Position numbers and translations under genes: made by a program. The notes under the pieces were generated by a model. That model had not been told where the DNA came from. It worked only from the letters and a program-made list of their open reading frames with translations, and did not search any database. Below, in pieces: positions 38,047-49,938 of a stretch of DNA of 64,000 nucleotides. The stretch comes from Christensenella sp. UBA7588 (GTDB taxonomy: Bacteria; Bacillota; Clostridia; Christensenellales; CAG-917), in the NCBI GenBank assembly GCA_002478945.1, contig DLKM01000025.1, forward strand, positions 46,557-110,556. Reading direction: 5' to 3'. Positions within the stretch are counted from its first letter, which is position 1; every line of letters begins with the position of its first letter.

Positions 38047-38198
38047 GCCCGCCTAAAAATAAATTTTTATAATAATATCACAAAATATACGGCAAAACAA
38101 GCGTTTGCAAGACTTTTGGACAGCGTTATATAAAAAAAAAGAGCAAAACTGCCCTTTTTTGAAAATTCGTATTTGAAAATAAAAGCGAATGCCGACGA

Positions 38199-40172
<1,974 letters not shown>

Positions 40173-40179
40173 TCATCGC

Positions 40180-42426
40180 TTAATTCTCGTCAATATCCCC
40201 TTTTGCTATAACTCTGAGGCTCGGAGCGGCTATCGCAAGCGCAAAACGCTTGACTCCGAGACCTTTGAACGCGATTGCGGCAATTTTATCTTCTCCGTCT
40301 CCCGTGGTTTGAATGATAATGCCTCTGCCGAACTTGTTATGCTCCACCACGACGTCTTTTGCGAATTTGGAATAATCCACGCCGCTCGTCTTTTGTTTTT
40401 GTCCCGCAAGCGACGACTTGTCGAATCCGTTTGACAAACCTTTCTTGAACGACTGCGACGAGGGATTGTTCGCGCCCAGTTTTATTCTGTCTTTTCCGTC
40501 GAGTGCGCTCGTCTTATAATCGGAATTTGCGTAACGCACGGATTGCTTAAATCCGCTCATTTCCCCGATAAAACGGCTTTTGGGATAATATTCCGTCTTT
40601 CCGAAACGATAGCGCGAACGCGCGTTGAGGATAAACAACTTTTTGCGTGCGCGCGTTATGGCAACGTACATCAATCTGCGTTCTTCCTCCACGTCTCCGG
40701 CCGTTATCGACTTTTGCGTCGGGAAAATGCCGTCCTCGAGCGCAACGATAAAAACGTAGTCGAATTCAAGTCCTTTCACGGCGTGAATCGTCGCTATGGT
40801 AACGTAATCGTCTGCCGACATTTCGTCGGTATCGGAAACGAGAGCCACGGACTGCATAAAATCGGAAATGGTCGATTTTTCGTTGTCTTGCTCGAATTGT
40901 TGAACGGCGTTGACGAGTTCCTCGATATTTTCGAGACGGTTGGCATCCTCAACGTCGGTGCTTGTCGAGAGCGCGCCCTCCAAGCCGCTGCGTCGTATTG
41001 CGTATTGCACGAATTCGGTCGCTTTCATCTGCTTGCCGCAACGCACCAAATCCATTGCGATTTCCGTGAACGGAGCAAGTTTTTTTGCAGTCGTATTCGA
41101 GAGCATCTGAGGATTGACAAGCACGGAAAACAACGTCATATTGTTGTTTTTCGCAACGTCCTGCAATTCCTGCACGGCGGTGTTTCCGATGCCTCTTTTA
41201 GGATAATTGACGACTCGCAAAATGCTGTCGTTATCGCTCGGATTGATTGCTATGCGGACGTACGCCAAAGCGTCCTTGATTTCCTTTCTTTCGTAGAATC
41301 TGAATCCGCCGAATACCTTATAAGGTATTCCGTGCAAATTGAATTCTTCCTCAAACTGTCTCGTAACGGAGTTTGCGCGCACCAAAACAGCCATTTCTTT
41401 GTAGCTTGCGCCAGAGCGTTTGAGAATGTTTATCGACCTTGCGACTCTCGTCGCTTCGTCTCTGTCGCTGTACGCCTCGTAAAACTCGATGCTGTCGTCG
41501 TCTTTTATATCGCTCCAAAGTGTCTTTTCGTTGCGATTGGCGTTATTTTTGATAACGTTGTTGGCGGCTTGAAGAATGGACGTGGTACTGCGATAGTTCT
41601 GTTCGAGTTTGAAAACTTGCGCGCCCGGGAAATCTTTGGGAAAATCGAGAATGTTGCGAATCTCCGCGCCTCTCCAACTGTATATAGATTGGTCCTCGTC
41701 TCCGACTACGAACAGATTGCCGTGTTTTCCCGCAAGCATTTTTACGATGTCGTATTGAAGTTTGTTGGTGTCCTGAAATTCGTCGACGTTGATATATCTG
41801 AATCTGTTTTGATAGCGTTGCAACACGTCGGGACATTGCTTGAACAAATCGAGCGTTTTGAGCAACAAATCGTCGAAATCGAGGCAATTACACCTCTTGA
41901 GTTCCGCCTCGTAACGCTTGTATATCTCTAAAATATCGTCTGCGTCGTTATCGTCGAGACGAATTGCGTCATAATATTCCTCGGGAGACATAGCGAGCGT
42001 TTTTGCCCTCGAAATATGCCACAAAAAGTCTCCTTTTTTCTTCGGGTCGGCTTGAGGATAATCCTGCAAAATGCGCTTGACCACTCTTTCGCTTTCGAGG
42101 TCGGTATAAATGGTAAAATCTTTGGAATATCCGATTCTGTCGGAGTCCGTACGCAAAATGCGCGCGCACATCGAATGGAACGTGGACGTCCATACGTTGG
42201 AATAGCCCAGTTCTTTTTCGATACGTTCTTTCATCTCGTTTGCGGCTTTGTTGGTAAAAGTGATTGCGAGAATGTTGTACGGGTCAACCCCCACCTCTAT
42301 GAGATGGCAGATTCTGGCGGTCAATACGCGCGTTTTTCCGCTGCCTGCGCCGGCTATCACGAGAATAGGTCCGTCGATAGCGTTTACGGCAAGTTGTTGT
42401 TGGCTGTTGAGCTTTATTTCATTCAT
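40180..42426 (-). CDS. pcrA: ATP-dependent DNA helicase PcrA/UvrD family
   Basis: LNSQQQLAV...AGAGSGKT, DEFQDTN, VGDEDQSIYSWRGA, NYRS. pcrA-ligA synteny. Internal start MNEIKL at 42426. Confidence 0.92.
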   Translation of the reverse strand: MNEIKLNSQQQLAVNAIDGPILVIAGAGSGKTRVLTARICHLIEVGVDPYNILAITFTNKAANEMKERIEKELGYSNVWTSTFHSMCARILRTDSDRIGYSKDFTIYTDLESERVVKRILQDYPQADPKKKGDFLWHISRAKTLAMSPEEYYDAIRLDDNDADDILEIYKRYEAELKRCNCLDFDDLLLKTLDLFKQCPDVLQRYQNRFRYINVDEFQDTNKLQYDIVKMLAGKHGNLFVVGDEDQSIYSWRGAEIRNILDFPKDFPGAQVFKLEQNYRSTTSILQAANNVIKNNANRNEKTLWSDIKDDDSIEFYEAYSDRDEATRVARSINILKRSGASYKEMAVLVRANSVTRQFEEEFNLHGIPYKVFGGFRFYERKEIKDALAYVRIAINPSDNDSILRVVNYPKRGIGNTAVQELQDVAKNNNMTLFSVLVNPQMLSNTTAKKLAPFTEIAMDLVRCGKQMKATEFVQYAIRRSGLEGALSTSTDVEDANRLENIEELVNAVQQFEQDNEKSTISDFMQSVALVSDTDEMSADDYVTIATIHAVKGLEFDYVFIVALEDGIFPTQKSITAGDVEEERRLMYVAITRARKKLFILNARSRYRFGKTEYYPKSRFIGEMSGFKQSVRYANSDYKTSALDGKDRIKLGANNPSSQSFKKGLSNGFDKSSLAGQKQKTSGVDYSKFAKDVVVEHNKFGRGIIIQTTGDGEDKIAAIAFKGLGVKRFALAIAAPSLRVIAKGDIDEN

Positions 42427-42661
42427 ACCTACAGGATACTCCGATGAATGAGACAAATTCGTCTCTATCGCAATCACTATACCACATATTGTGCAAATTA
42501 TCAATTTTTTGCGGCTTAAAAGCACAAATTTGATAGCAAAAAAGTTGTCAACATTATTGATTTAGTTAACTAAGTGTGTTATCATATACATAAATTGGAT
42601 TATAGAGGAGTTTTTTTGTTGCAAAAAATTCTTCTGTTTCCGCGCGGAGGAATTTATTTTT

Positions 42662-44557
42662 ATGGTAAATTTTGATGAAATCGAATTTTTGGAAAGCGAA
42701 ATCGTAGAGGACGACCCGCAAGCCCCCGTAGGCACACTCGTACATATTCTCGAGGACGGAACCGTTGAAGTCGTCGACACGCAAAAAGAGCAAAACGCAG
42801 ACGTGGCAACGCCCGTTCAAGACGTTGCGGACGCTCACACCGACGAACAATCGGAGCAAGTCGCAAACGACGACGAAAAAGTCGACGAAAGCGTTGTAGA
42901 GCAACCTGTCGACGAAGAAATCAACGAAAGCGTTGTCGAACAACCCGCCGACGAAGAAGTTGCGCAAGAAACCGTCAAAGACGAAGTCGTTGAGGACGTC
43001 GCAGACGTTCAAGAAAACGTGTCCGAGGTCGAACCCGTCGAAGAAAACGCAGACGAACCTCAAGAGGACGTGACAGCTGTCGAAGAAAGCGTCGTCGAAG
43101 AAGAAAATGCTCCGCAGGTTGAAGAAAGCGTTCAAGATACCGAAAACACCGAAAACGCGCAATCTTACATAGAAGAAACGACCGTCGACGTCGAGGATTA
43201 CGCGGAAGAAAACGAAGAAGCAGTCTCCCCCGTCGAAAACGCAGAACCGACGGTTGAAGAACCTGCCGACGAGCAACCAGTCGAAGACGTTGAAGAAACG
43301 GTCTCGGAAACTCCCGTAGAAACCGAAGAAAGCGCAGTCGCGGACGAAAGCGTTGTCGAAGAAGAAAACTCCGTCGAAACCGCTCCTGCCGACGAACCCG
43401 TCGTAGCGGTAAACGACGAAGAACAACCTCAAGTCGAGCAAGAAGCCGCCATCGAAAATACCGAATCCGTTGAAGTCGCTTCCGAACCCGAAACGGCGGT
43501 TACAACCGAAGTCGTAGCCGAAGAAAAAGCGGAAAAAGTTGTCGCACCCAAGAAACCGAGAAAGAAAGCGGTTAAGAAAGAGGAAAGCGCAGTTGCTCCC
43601 GTCGCGCAAAAAGTCGAAAACAAAACGCCAATCAATCTCAAAAACGGTCGCAACGTGAACGAAGCGTTGTTCGATACGAGTTTTGAAATCGAGCAACCCG
43701 CAAAAGCAAAAGTCGTTTCCACCAAGAAAAAACAAGAAAAGGCAGAAGATTTGTGGGCAGTCGCTACGGTTACCGCAAAACCGACAAAGACTACCTCTAA
43801 AGCAAAGGCGGAAAAATCCGAAAATGCGGAAGTTGTCGCCAAGACGACGGAGAAAAAGTCCGCTCCCAAAAAGTCAACAAAAGTTGAGAATACATCAAAG
43901 AATTCTACGGAGGAAAAGAAAGTGGCAAAAACCGAGGCAAAAACGACAAAGACCGACGTTAAGGAAACAAAGACGGACGTAAAAGAGACAAAGACCGAAG
44001 CAAAGAACACCAAAGCGGCAAAAGCACCCGTCAAAGAAGAAAAAGCACCCAAGGCTAAAGCAGTCGAAAAAGAAGAAGTCGCACCCGCAAAAGAAACGAA
44101 AGCGACCAAAACTGCCGCAAAGACCGACAGCGACGAAACCGTTATCGTCGAAGGCGAAGGCAAAACTCACGGCAAATACGTCATCAAGAAAACGGATAAG
44201 GGCAATTTCGTATTCAAACTTTATTCGTCCAACTACAGAGTCGTGGCAATCGGCGCACAAGCATACACCACTCTCGGCGCGGCAAAAATCGGCATTCAAA
44301 GCATCATAAACAACGCCGAAAAAGCACCCGTAGAAAATCAAACGCTCAAGAATTACGAAACGCTCAAGTTCCCCAAATGGGAAATCTATCTTGACAAGAA
44401 AGGCGAATATCGTCTCCGCTTGTACGCAACCAACGGCAGCCTTATCGCAACGACCAACGACGGTTACACCGACATCAGCGGCGCAAAGAACGGCATCGCG
44501 GCAGTCGGCAGAGCAAGCAAAGGTTGCGCAATCGTAAGAAACGACAATCTCTGGTAA
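42662..44557 (+). CDS. Large low-complexity protein: ~340-aa acidic E/V/D-rich region, ~150-aa Lys-rich region, two C-terminal DUF1508 (YegP-like) repeats
   Basis: GGAGG RBS. Compositional blocks are visible in the translation. The C-terminal GKYVIKKTDKGNFVFKLYSSNYRVVA...Y.TLGAAK.GI and EIYLDKKGEYRLRLYATNGSLIA...GY.DISGAKNGI match the DUF1508 pattern as recalled. Confidence 0.6.
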   Translation: MVNFDEIEFLESEIVEDDPQAPVGTLVHILEDGTVEVVDTQKEQNADVATPVQDVADAHTDEQSEQVANDDEKVDESVVEQPVDEEINESVVEQPADEEVAQETVKDEVVEDVADVQENVSEVEPVEENADEPQEDVTAVEESVVEEENAPQVEESVQDTENTENAQSYIEETTVDVEDYAEENEEAVSPVENAEPTVEEPADEQPVEDVEETVSETPVETEESAVADESVVEEENSVETAPADEPVVAVNDEEQPQVEQEAAIENTESVEVASEPETAVTTEVVAEEKAEKVVAPKKPRKKAVKKEESAVAPVAQKVENKTPINLKNGRNVNEALFDTSFEIEQPAKAKVVSTKKKQEKAEDLWAVATVTAKPTKTTSKAKAEKSENAEVVAKTTEKKSAPKKSTKVENTSKNSTEEKKVAKTEAKTTKTDVKETKTDVKETKTEAKNTKAAKAPVKEEKAPKAKAVEKEEVAPAKETKATKTAAKTDSDETVIVEGEGKTHGKYVIKKTDKGNFVFKLYSSNYRVVAIGAQAYTTLGAAKIGIQSIINNAEKAPVENQTLKNYETLKFPKWEIYLDKKGEYRLRLYATNGSLIATTNDGYTDISGAKNGIAAVGRASKGCAIVRNDNLW

Positions 44558-44572
44558 TTTATCGAATCGAAT

Positions 44573-44604
44573 AAAAAAAGAACGCCGCTCGGCGTTCTTT
44601 TTTT
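44573..44604. terminator. Bidirectional rho-independent terminator
   Basis: aaaaaaaGAACGCCgctcGGCGTTCttttttt between convergent genes. Confidence 0.75.
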
Positions 44605-44645
44605 ATTTCTTCTTTTATATCGATTTTCGATTTGTTTATTTCTTT

Positions 44646-45065
44646 TTATCCCTTTCGCATTTGCGCGACTTTGGTTTTTAACGCAATAAACGCTTCGTTT
44701 GCGTCGTCGATATTAGCCACGCACGCTTCCATCGGACACACCCCGTCTCCTTTGCGGTTAAGAATGCTTTTCACAAGCACGCCGTACTCCGCTTCGATTG
44801 CGTGTGAGCGAAGGTACTCCAACGCCGATTCGGACAACACGTCGGCGTAAACGGAGGTAATTCCTCCGTATACGAACAGACACGCTGCCGCTTTACCGAC
44901 GACTATATCGGCAAAGGAATAGCCTTTCAAATCGACGTTACGCTCGATAAAATCGAGCATAGGACGAATACCGCGCCCGTCTGAAACAAGGAGCGAACTG
45001 CCTTTGCATAGCGCAACGGAATGCCCCGAAAGCGCGCTTTTTGCGCGCGATAAATCATTGTTCAT
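44646..45065 (-). CDS. DUF1893-like small protein
   Basis: 139 aa. The LLVSDGRGIRPMLDFI and ADIVVGKAAACL patterns resemble the TM1506/DUF1893 family (from memory). Confidence 0.45.
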   Translation of the reverse strand: MNNDLSRAKSALSGHSVALCKGSSLLVSDGRGIRPMLDFIERNVDLKGYSFADIVVGKAAACLFVYGGITSVYADVLSESALEYLRSHAIEAEYGVLVKSILNRKGDGVCPMEACVANIDDANEAFIALKTKVAQMRKG

Positions 45066-45636
45066 CTTTCTTTACCAGCGCGGTTCTGATTGCCATAACT
45101 ACGACAGGCACCAAAATCGCTTGAGCAAGCAATCCGACAAGTCCGCTCTTAACTTGCGAGAGAACGGCTGTAAGCGATAACGTCGTGACGTTTTGAAGTA
45201 TTGCGACGAGCGCAATGAACAGGCATCTTCCGAACACCTGCGCAAGAATTACCGCAGGGAAAGCAAAAAATCCGTTTTGCACTATTTTCTTTGAAAACAG
45301 ACCGCTGACTGCTCCGAAAATCGCAAGTTCGCACATCATAAACGGAAGTCTCGCAAGCACGGGCATCGGGCTTAAAAACGCCGACGTGAACAAAAAGCTC
45401 GCAATCGGAGAAAGAAGTCCTATGGCAATGCCGTAAGGTGCGCCGAGCAGACATCCGCCGATAAGCACCGGCAGATACATCGGGAGCCACTCCACACCGC
45501 CCGTCGCGCCGTAAATCAGGTGTACGAATTGCGGCAGAGCCACGGCAAGCACGACGATTATCGCACCGATAAGCGACTTGACCGATATTTTATATGCTTT
45601 TGATACGTTTTTGTTTGAAAGTACGTTGTCAATCAT
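45055..45636 (-). CDS. ECF-transporter S-component-like membrane protein
   Basis: About 6 TM helices, ~193 aa from the internal start MIDNVL. Substrate unknown. Confidence 0.45.
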   Translation of the reverse strand: MIDNVLSNKNVSKAYKISVKSLIGAIIVVLAVALPQFVHLIYGATGGVEWLPMYLPVLIGGCLLGAPYGIAIGLLSPIASFLFTSAFLSPMPVLARLPFMMCELAIFGAVSGLFSKKIVQNGFFAFPAVILAQVFGRCLFIALVAILQNVTTLSLTAVLSQVKSGLVGLLAQAILVPVVVMAIRTALVKKDEQ

Positions 45637-45646
45637 ATACGTCTCC

Positions 45647-46765
45647 TTATTGTTTGTCATACACTTTCGCAACTTCTTTCAACAGCGAGCGTACGGGCAA
45701 ATGTTGAGGACAAATTCTCTCGCATTTTCCGCATTCTATGCAGTCGGATGCCTTTCCGTTGTTCTTGGTGTAAACCTCGTGATAATAGAAATCCGAGTTC
45801 CAGTCTTTATAGATTTTCTTTGCGTTTAGGCAAGAGAAAAGGTCGGGTATAGAGATATGTTTCGGACATCCTGCGGTACAATATCTGCACGCCGTACAAG
45901 GTATCAGATGTTGTGCCTTAAAAATGTCGCAAACCTTTCCGATTGCTTCTTTTTCGACGTCGTCGAGAGGCTTGAAATCGCTCATAAACGACAAATTATC
46001 GCTCATCTGCTCGAAATTGCTCATTCCCGACAACACCATAACGACGTTGTCGAAACCTGCCGCAAAACGTATTGCGTAGCTTGCGTGCGAACCGCCTTTC
46101 AAATCGTCGAGAACCTTGCTTGCGGCTTCGGGGAGATTGACGAGAGTGCCGCCCTTTACGGGTTCCATAACGATAACGGGTTTGTTGTGCTTTACGCAAA
46201 CTTCATAGCACTTTCTCGATTGCACGGCTACGTCGTCGTAATCGACGTAATTTAGTTGTATCTGCACCGCCTCTATTTGCGGATATTCGTTAAGAATCTC
46301 GTCCAAAACTTCCGCTTTGTCGTGAAACGACAATCCGACGTGTCTGATTTTGCCCTCGGCTTTCAACTCAAACGCCTGCTCGTAAGCTCTGCATCTTTTG
46401 AATTTTTGAAAAACGTCCTTATTTTGCGCGTGCATAAGGTAAAAATCGAGATAGTCCACGCCGAGAATTTTCAGTTGGCTCTCGAAAAACGGGCGAACGT
46501 CGTCCTCTTTGTTGAAAAAACTACCCGTGAGCTTATCCGTAAGGATATATTCGCTCCTGTCGTGGCGTTTTACGAGGCATTCGCGCACCGCAACTTCGCT
46601 TTTACCGTCAAGATAACCGTGCGCAGTATCGACGTAATTGAAACCTTGCGCTAAAAACTCGTCAAACATTTTGCAAGTCTCGGCATAGTCCACTTCGCCG
46701 TCTTTCATCGGCAAACGCATACATCCGAAACCGAAATTTTTCTTAATCTCGGGAAATCCGTTCAT
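45647..46765 (-). CDS. Aldo/keto reductase with a C-terminal 4Fe-4S ferredoxin-type domain
   Basis: FGCMRLP, DTAHGY, LSFHD AKR motifs, plus CTACRYCTAGCP and CIECGKCERICP cluster motifs. Confidence 0.8.
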   Translation of the reverse strand: MNGFPEIKKNFGFGCMRLPMKDGEVDYAETCKMFDEFLAQGFNYVDTAHGYLDGKSEVAVRECLVKRHDRSEYILTDKLTGSFFNKEDDVRPFFESQLKILGVDYLDFYLMHAQNKDVFQKFKRCRAYEQAFELKAEGKIRHVGLSFHDKAEVLDEILNEYPQIEAVQIQLNYVDYDDVAVQSRKCYEVCVKHNKPVIVMEPVKGGTLVNLPEAASKVLDDLKGGSHASYAIRFAAGFDNVVMVLSGMSNFEQMSDNLSFMSDFKPLDDVEKEAIGKVCDIFKAQHLIPCTACRYCTAGCPKHISIPDLFSCLNAKKIYKDWNSDFYYHEVYTKNNGKASDCIECGKCERICPQHLPVRSLLKEVAKVYDKQ

Positions 46766-46807
46766 AAATCCTCTCCTTTACGGTTTATTTAAGTCGTCGC
46801 AACGAAA

Positions 46808-47404
46808 TTATTTTGCGACGTTATCCTTTTCCGTACTACCGACTTCGTTCGCATCGAAAATAGGCAACGGTTCTTGTTGTACGTCTTGTTCTTTTGCGAT
46901 AATAGAGCAGGCTTTTATCTTAAGCACCGCAGAAGTGATTCTCAACGCCGCAATGATTAAACACACGGAAAACGGTGCCAGCATCGACTTTATAACGCCC
47001 TTAGCGAGCGCAACGCAACCAGCAATCAAGAAAAACGCGGCGGCTATAAAATTGAATATGTAAGACACTTCTATCGTCGTTGTCGATTTTTTCAATACGG
47101 AAATCGGCTTGTTGATTTTTACGACGCCCGTAATTGCGCTTACGAGTGCGACTGCTACGGCAATAAAGCAAAGCACGCCTATACCGACGATAATTGCTCC
47201 GATAATAGCACCGAACGACTGGGCTATTGCCGTGCCTAGAGTTTCGCCGCCTTCAGTCGTATCGGCAGGCGCATCTCCTGCACCCGCCATTGCCGCAAGC
47301 CCTATTACGATACATAAAACCGCAACTATGAAATATGCCGCAACGCAAACGAAATCTATCGTTGACGCCGATATGAGAAACGGTCTCGATTTTGATTTTT
47401 CCAT
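46808..47404 (-). CDS. Hypothetical multi-pass membrane protein
   Basis: Internal start MEKSKSRPF avoids overlap with the upstream GNAT gene. Hydrophobic, Gly/Ala/Ile-rich helices. Confidence 0.45.
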   Translation of the reverse strand: MEKSKSRPFLISASTIDFVCVAAYFIVAVLCIVIGLAAMAGAGDAPADTTEGGETLGTAIAQSFGAIIGAIIVGIGVLCFIAVAVALVSAITGVVKINKPISVLKKSTTTIEVSYIFNFIAAAFFLIAGCVALAKGVIKSMLAPFSVCLIIAALRITSAVLKIKACSIIAKEQDVQQEPLPIFDANEVGSTEKDNVAK

Positions 47405-47463
47405 AATTATCTCCCTCCGAATGAGTTTCAATATAAATATTTTAGCACTTATCGCGCCATTAT

Positions 47464-47994
47464 TCAATACGCGTTTTCGGATACTCCGTAAACGTTTTTG
47501 TACAAAACTCTTTTGATATTCAAAAACGTTTCGTAATCGACCTCTCCTCCGCTCGTCATAATCAAAAGCGGAATCGGACAAGTATTTTTGGAAATCGGAG
47601 GCTGTATGTACGAGTATTCGTTAAGATAAAAGCCGTTGCGCTCGTAAAATGCGATTCGACGCTTCGCTTGTTCGGTAATCGGCGGCTCGACTTCGAGACA
47701 AATTCTCGGCATTCGAGTATGCAATTCGTCCAAAATACGCTTGCCGAGACCGCAATTTCGCTTATCGTTCGCAACGGCAAAATGCTCGACAAAAACTAAG
47801 TCCTCAAATCGGTATAATGAGATAAAACCGTCTATTTCTCCGCTCGAAGCGTCTTTCCACACAAGTATTTCAAAAGACGGATTGTCAAGCAACGCAATCT
47901 GCTCGTCAAAAGTGCGCCTCTCGTCAATCGGGAACGCTTCGACCATAATGTCGTATACTTTTTCAAATTCATCGTTACGCATTTTATATAACAT
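47464..47994 (-). CDS. GNAT family N-acetyltransferase
   Basis: FVEHFAVANDKRNCGLGKRIL (Q/RxxGxG/A acetyl-CoA motif) and FYERNGF. The start at MLYKMRNDEF is used because the upstream extension in the track looks noncoding. Confidence 0.75.
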   Translation of the reverse strand: MLYKMRNDEFEKVYDIMVEAFPIDERRTFDEQIALLDNPSFEILVWKDASSGEIDGFISLYRFEDLVFVEHFAVANDKRNCGLGKRILDELHTRMPRICLEVEPPITEQAKRRIAFYERNGFYLNEYSYIQPPISKNTCPIPLLIMTSGGEVDYETFLNIKRVLYKNVYGVSENAY

Positions 47995-48335
47995 ACGAAT
48001 ATTATAACACGCTTTATAAAAAAAACAATTACGAATTAATTTCGCGCATTTGACATCGAGTTTGCACTCATAAAGCAGATAAAAAACACATACGGTAAAT
48101 TTTTTGTCAAGAAAATGTCGCAACCGCTTGTCAAAACACCGTTGATGAGATATAATCGTTTGCGTTGGGTTATGAGAGCAATCTCGTGCGAACAGTTGGA
48201 GGAAATGGATTTGTTGACCATTGGCTTCCAACTGCCACCCATAGTAATTTATACATTTTAACATCATTTTTTGGAGAAGTCGGGTTTATGGTACTTTGTA
48301 CCAAACACGCTCCCTCTCCAATCATATTCATTCTT

Positions 48336-48428
48336 GGAGAAGTCGCCTAGTTTGGTCGAGGGCGCGCGACTGGAAATCGCGTAACCGTCAAAAGCGGTTC
48401 AAGAGTTCGAATCTCTTCTTCTCCGCCA
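48336..48428 (+). tRNA. tRNA-Ser (anticodon GGA), class II with long variable arm, encoded CCA
   Basis: Acceptor GGAGAAG/CTTCTCC, anticodon stem CGCGA/TCGCG with loop CTGGAAA, variable arm AACCGTCAAAAGCGGTT, T-arm AGAGTTCGAATCTCT, 3' GCCA. Confidence 0.9.
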
Positions 48429-48501
48429 AGCGGTAATAATCCGAACCCTCGAATATTCGTCCGTAAGGACTATTTCGGAGTTTGGTGCCGTTACCAAAGA
48501 A

Positions 48502-48540
48502 GAACAGGACACTGAGTATATCGGTGCCCTGTTTCTTTTT
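48502..48540. terminator. Hairpin terminator between tRNA-Ser and the last prophage gene
   Basis: GAACAGGACACtgagtatatcgGTGCCCTGTTtcttttt (10-bp stem, one mismatch), U-rich on both sides. Confidence 0.45.
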
Positions 48541-48546
48541 ACATTA

Positions 48547-49533
48547 TTATATTGTTTCTGCCGCCACAGCGACCTCAGGAGCGACAATAACCTCGTCCTC
48601 TATTACTTGTTCAGACTGAGGTTCTGGCGTCGTAGAGGCGTATTCTATAAGCTGCTGCATAAGGTCTTTCTGGTCTTGCATATAGTTGACCGTATCGACA
48701 GTTATATTTTCGTAACCCATACGATACCCCATAAAGCCGTTGAGTATTACGGGCAGTAGTTTCAGGCAGCACGCCGCAAACGTTGCCCACGTCGGATATT
48801 TTATAACGTCGAGCACAATTACACCAGTAAGTAGCGACGTGATTGTTGTCCGAATAAACTTTGCGACGTAATGCACGCTACGTTTCGTTTCAGGTTTTAT
48901 TCCGAGCGGAGACCGATGTCCGTTCCCACGCCCACGCTTAAAAATCATTTCAGGCGTCAGGTTTACGGGCTTTGTCTGATTCGCCCTGATTATCGCCTTT
49001 ATCTGAGCTTTCGACAGGCTTTCGTCTGTTTGCAGCAACTTTTTGTCTTTGCCGACGTATTTGTCGATGTATTTTTCATACGAGATACCCACCTCGCTGA
49101 GAATATTCGTCCGAGTTTCCTTGAGTTCTCTGTCTATGTAATAACGGCAAAATTCGGTAAGCCTCGACTGATATTTTCTTTCGATTATCTGAGCCTTAAG
49201 TCCCTCGTATTCGTTTTTACAGTCCTGATACGTGTCACTTACCCTGCCAGCTTTCAAACCACTGTCAGAGCAGTTGACATACATACTGTATGAACAGAAA
49301 AGCAAGATAAAGAACGTAAGCCCGAGTTGAGCCCAGAACTCTACCGACGTTATCTTTATTTCCGTCGTAAAAACAACGATTACGACGAAAATAAGAAAGA
49401 ACCCGACAAAGATACCAGTATTATTGAGAATACTCCGTGTGAGCCGCTTTTTAGCCGCTCCGCCTTTTTCTATCGCCGTTCCGAGACTTCTCGACGGCGT
49501 TCTTTCATAATCGTCTTTTTTGATAGTTTGCAT
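48547..49533 (-). CDS. Prophage-encoded membrane protein, function unknown
   Basis: 328 aa with two N-proximal and further C-terminal TM helices. Last gene of the block. Confidence 0.45.
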   Translation of the reverse strand: MQTIKKDDYERTPSRSLGTAIEKGGAAKKRLTRSILNNTGIFVGFFLIFVVIVVFTTEIKITSVEFWAQLGLTFFILLFCSYSMYVNCSDSGLKAGRVSDTYQDCKNEYEGLKAQIIERKYQSRLTEFCRYYIDRELKETRTNILSEVGISYEKYIDKYVGKDKKLLQTDESLSKAQIKAIIRANQTKPVNLTPEMIFKRGRGNGHRSPLGIKPETKRSVHYVAKFIRTTITSLLTGVIVLDVIKYPTWATFAACCLKLLPVILNGFMGYRMGYENITVDTVNYMQDQKDLMQQLIEYASTTPEPQSEQVIEDEVIVAPEVAVAAETI

Positions 49534-49536
49534 ACG

Positions 49537-49935
49537 TTACACCTCATTGCCGTCGTCCGACGTTTCTTTCTTTTCGTCTGGCTTTTTTTCGACGGCGTCG
49601 CCTGCTTTATAAACAAACGAGCCGCCCCAGTTTGCCACCGCACCTATTATAAATATCATTACCATTTGGTCTATAATGTTTCTTAAACATATAGCCATTA
49701 TGGCAAGAACTGTAAACAGCACGGGAATCGACGGAGATTTAAGCCAGTTTTTTATCTGGTTAAAGAACGGAATTACGGAGAGAAACGCAAACACCAAGAA
49801 AAGACCTGAAACCGTCGCTGCGGAGCTTTTTTCAACCCAGATAGGAAACTGAGAAAGCGTTGCACCGAGCGGAGCCGCCACATCGATACCGATAGCGACG
49901 GCTTTTAAGATTTTGCCTTTCGTGGCATTTTTCAT
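49537..49935 (-). CDS. Small 4-TM protein (holin-like by size and topology only)
   Basis: 132 aa, four hydrophobic helices, charged C-terminal tail. Confidence 0.35.
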   Translation of the reverse strand: MKNATKGKILKAVAIGIDVAAPLGATLSQFPIWVEKSSAATVSGLFLVFAFLSVIPFFNQIKNWLKSPSIPVLFTVLAIMAICLRNIIDQMVMIFIIGAVANWGGSFVYKAGDAVEKKPDEKKETSDDGNEV

Positions 49936-49938
49936 AGC

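Noticed and set aside
38047-38198. A possible terminator or regulatory RNA in the yicC-ligA intergenic region.
   Set aside because: Only AT-rich sequence with A and T runs, and no convincing stem. Probably just the yicC promoter region.
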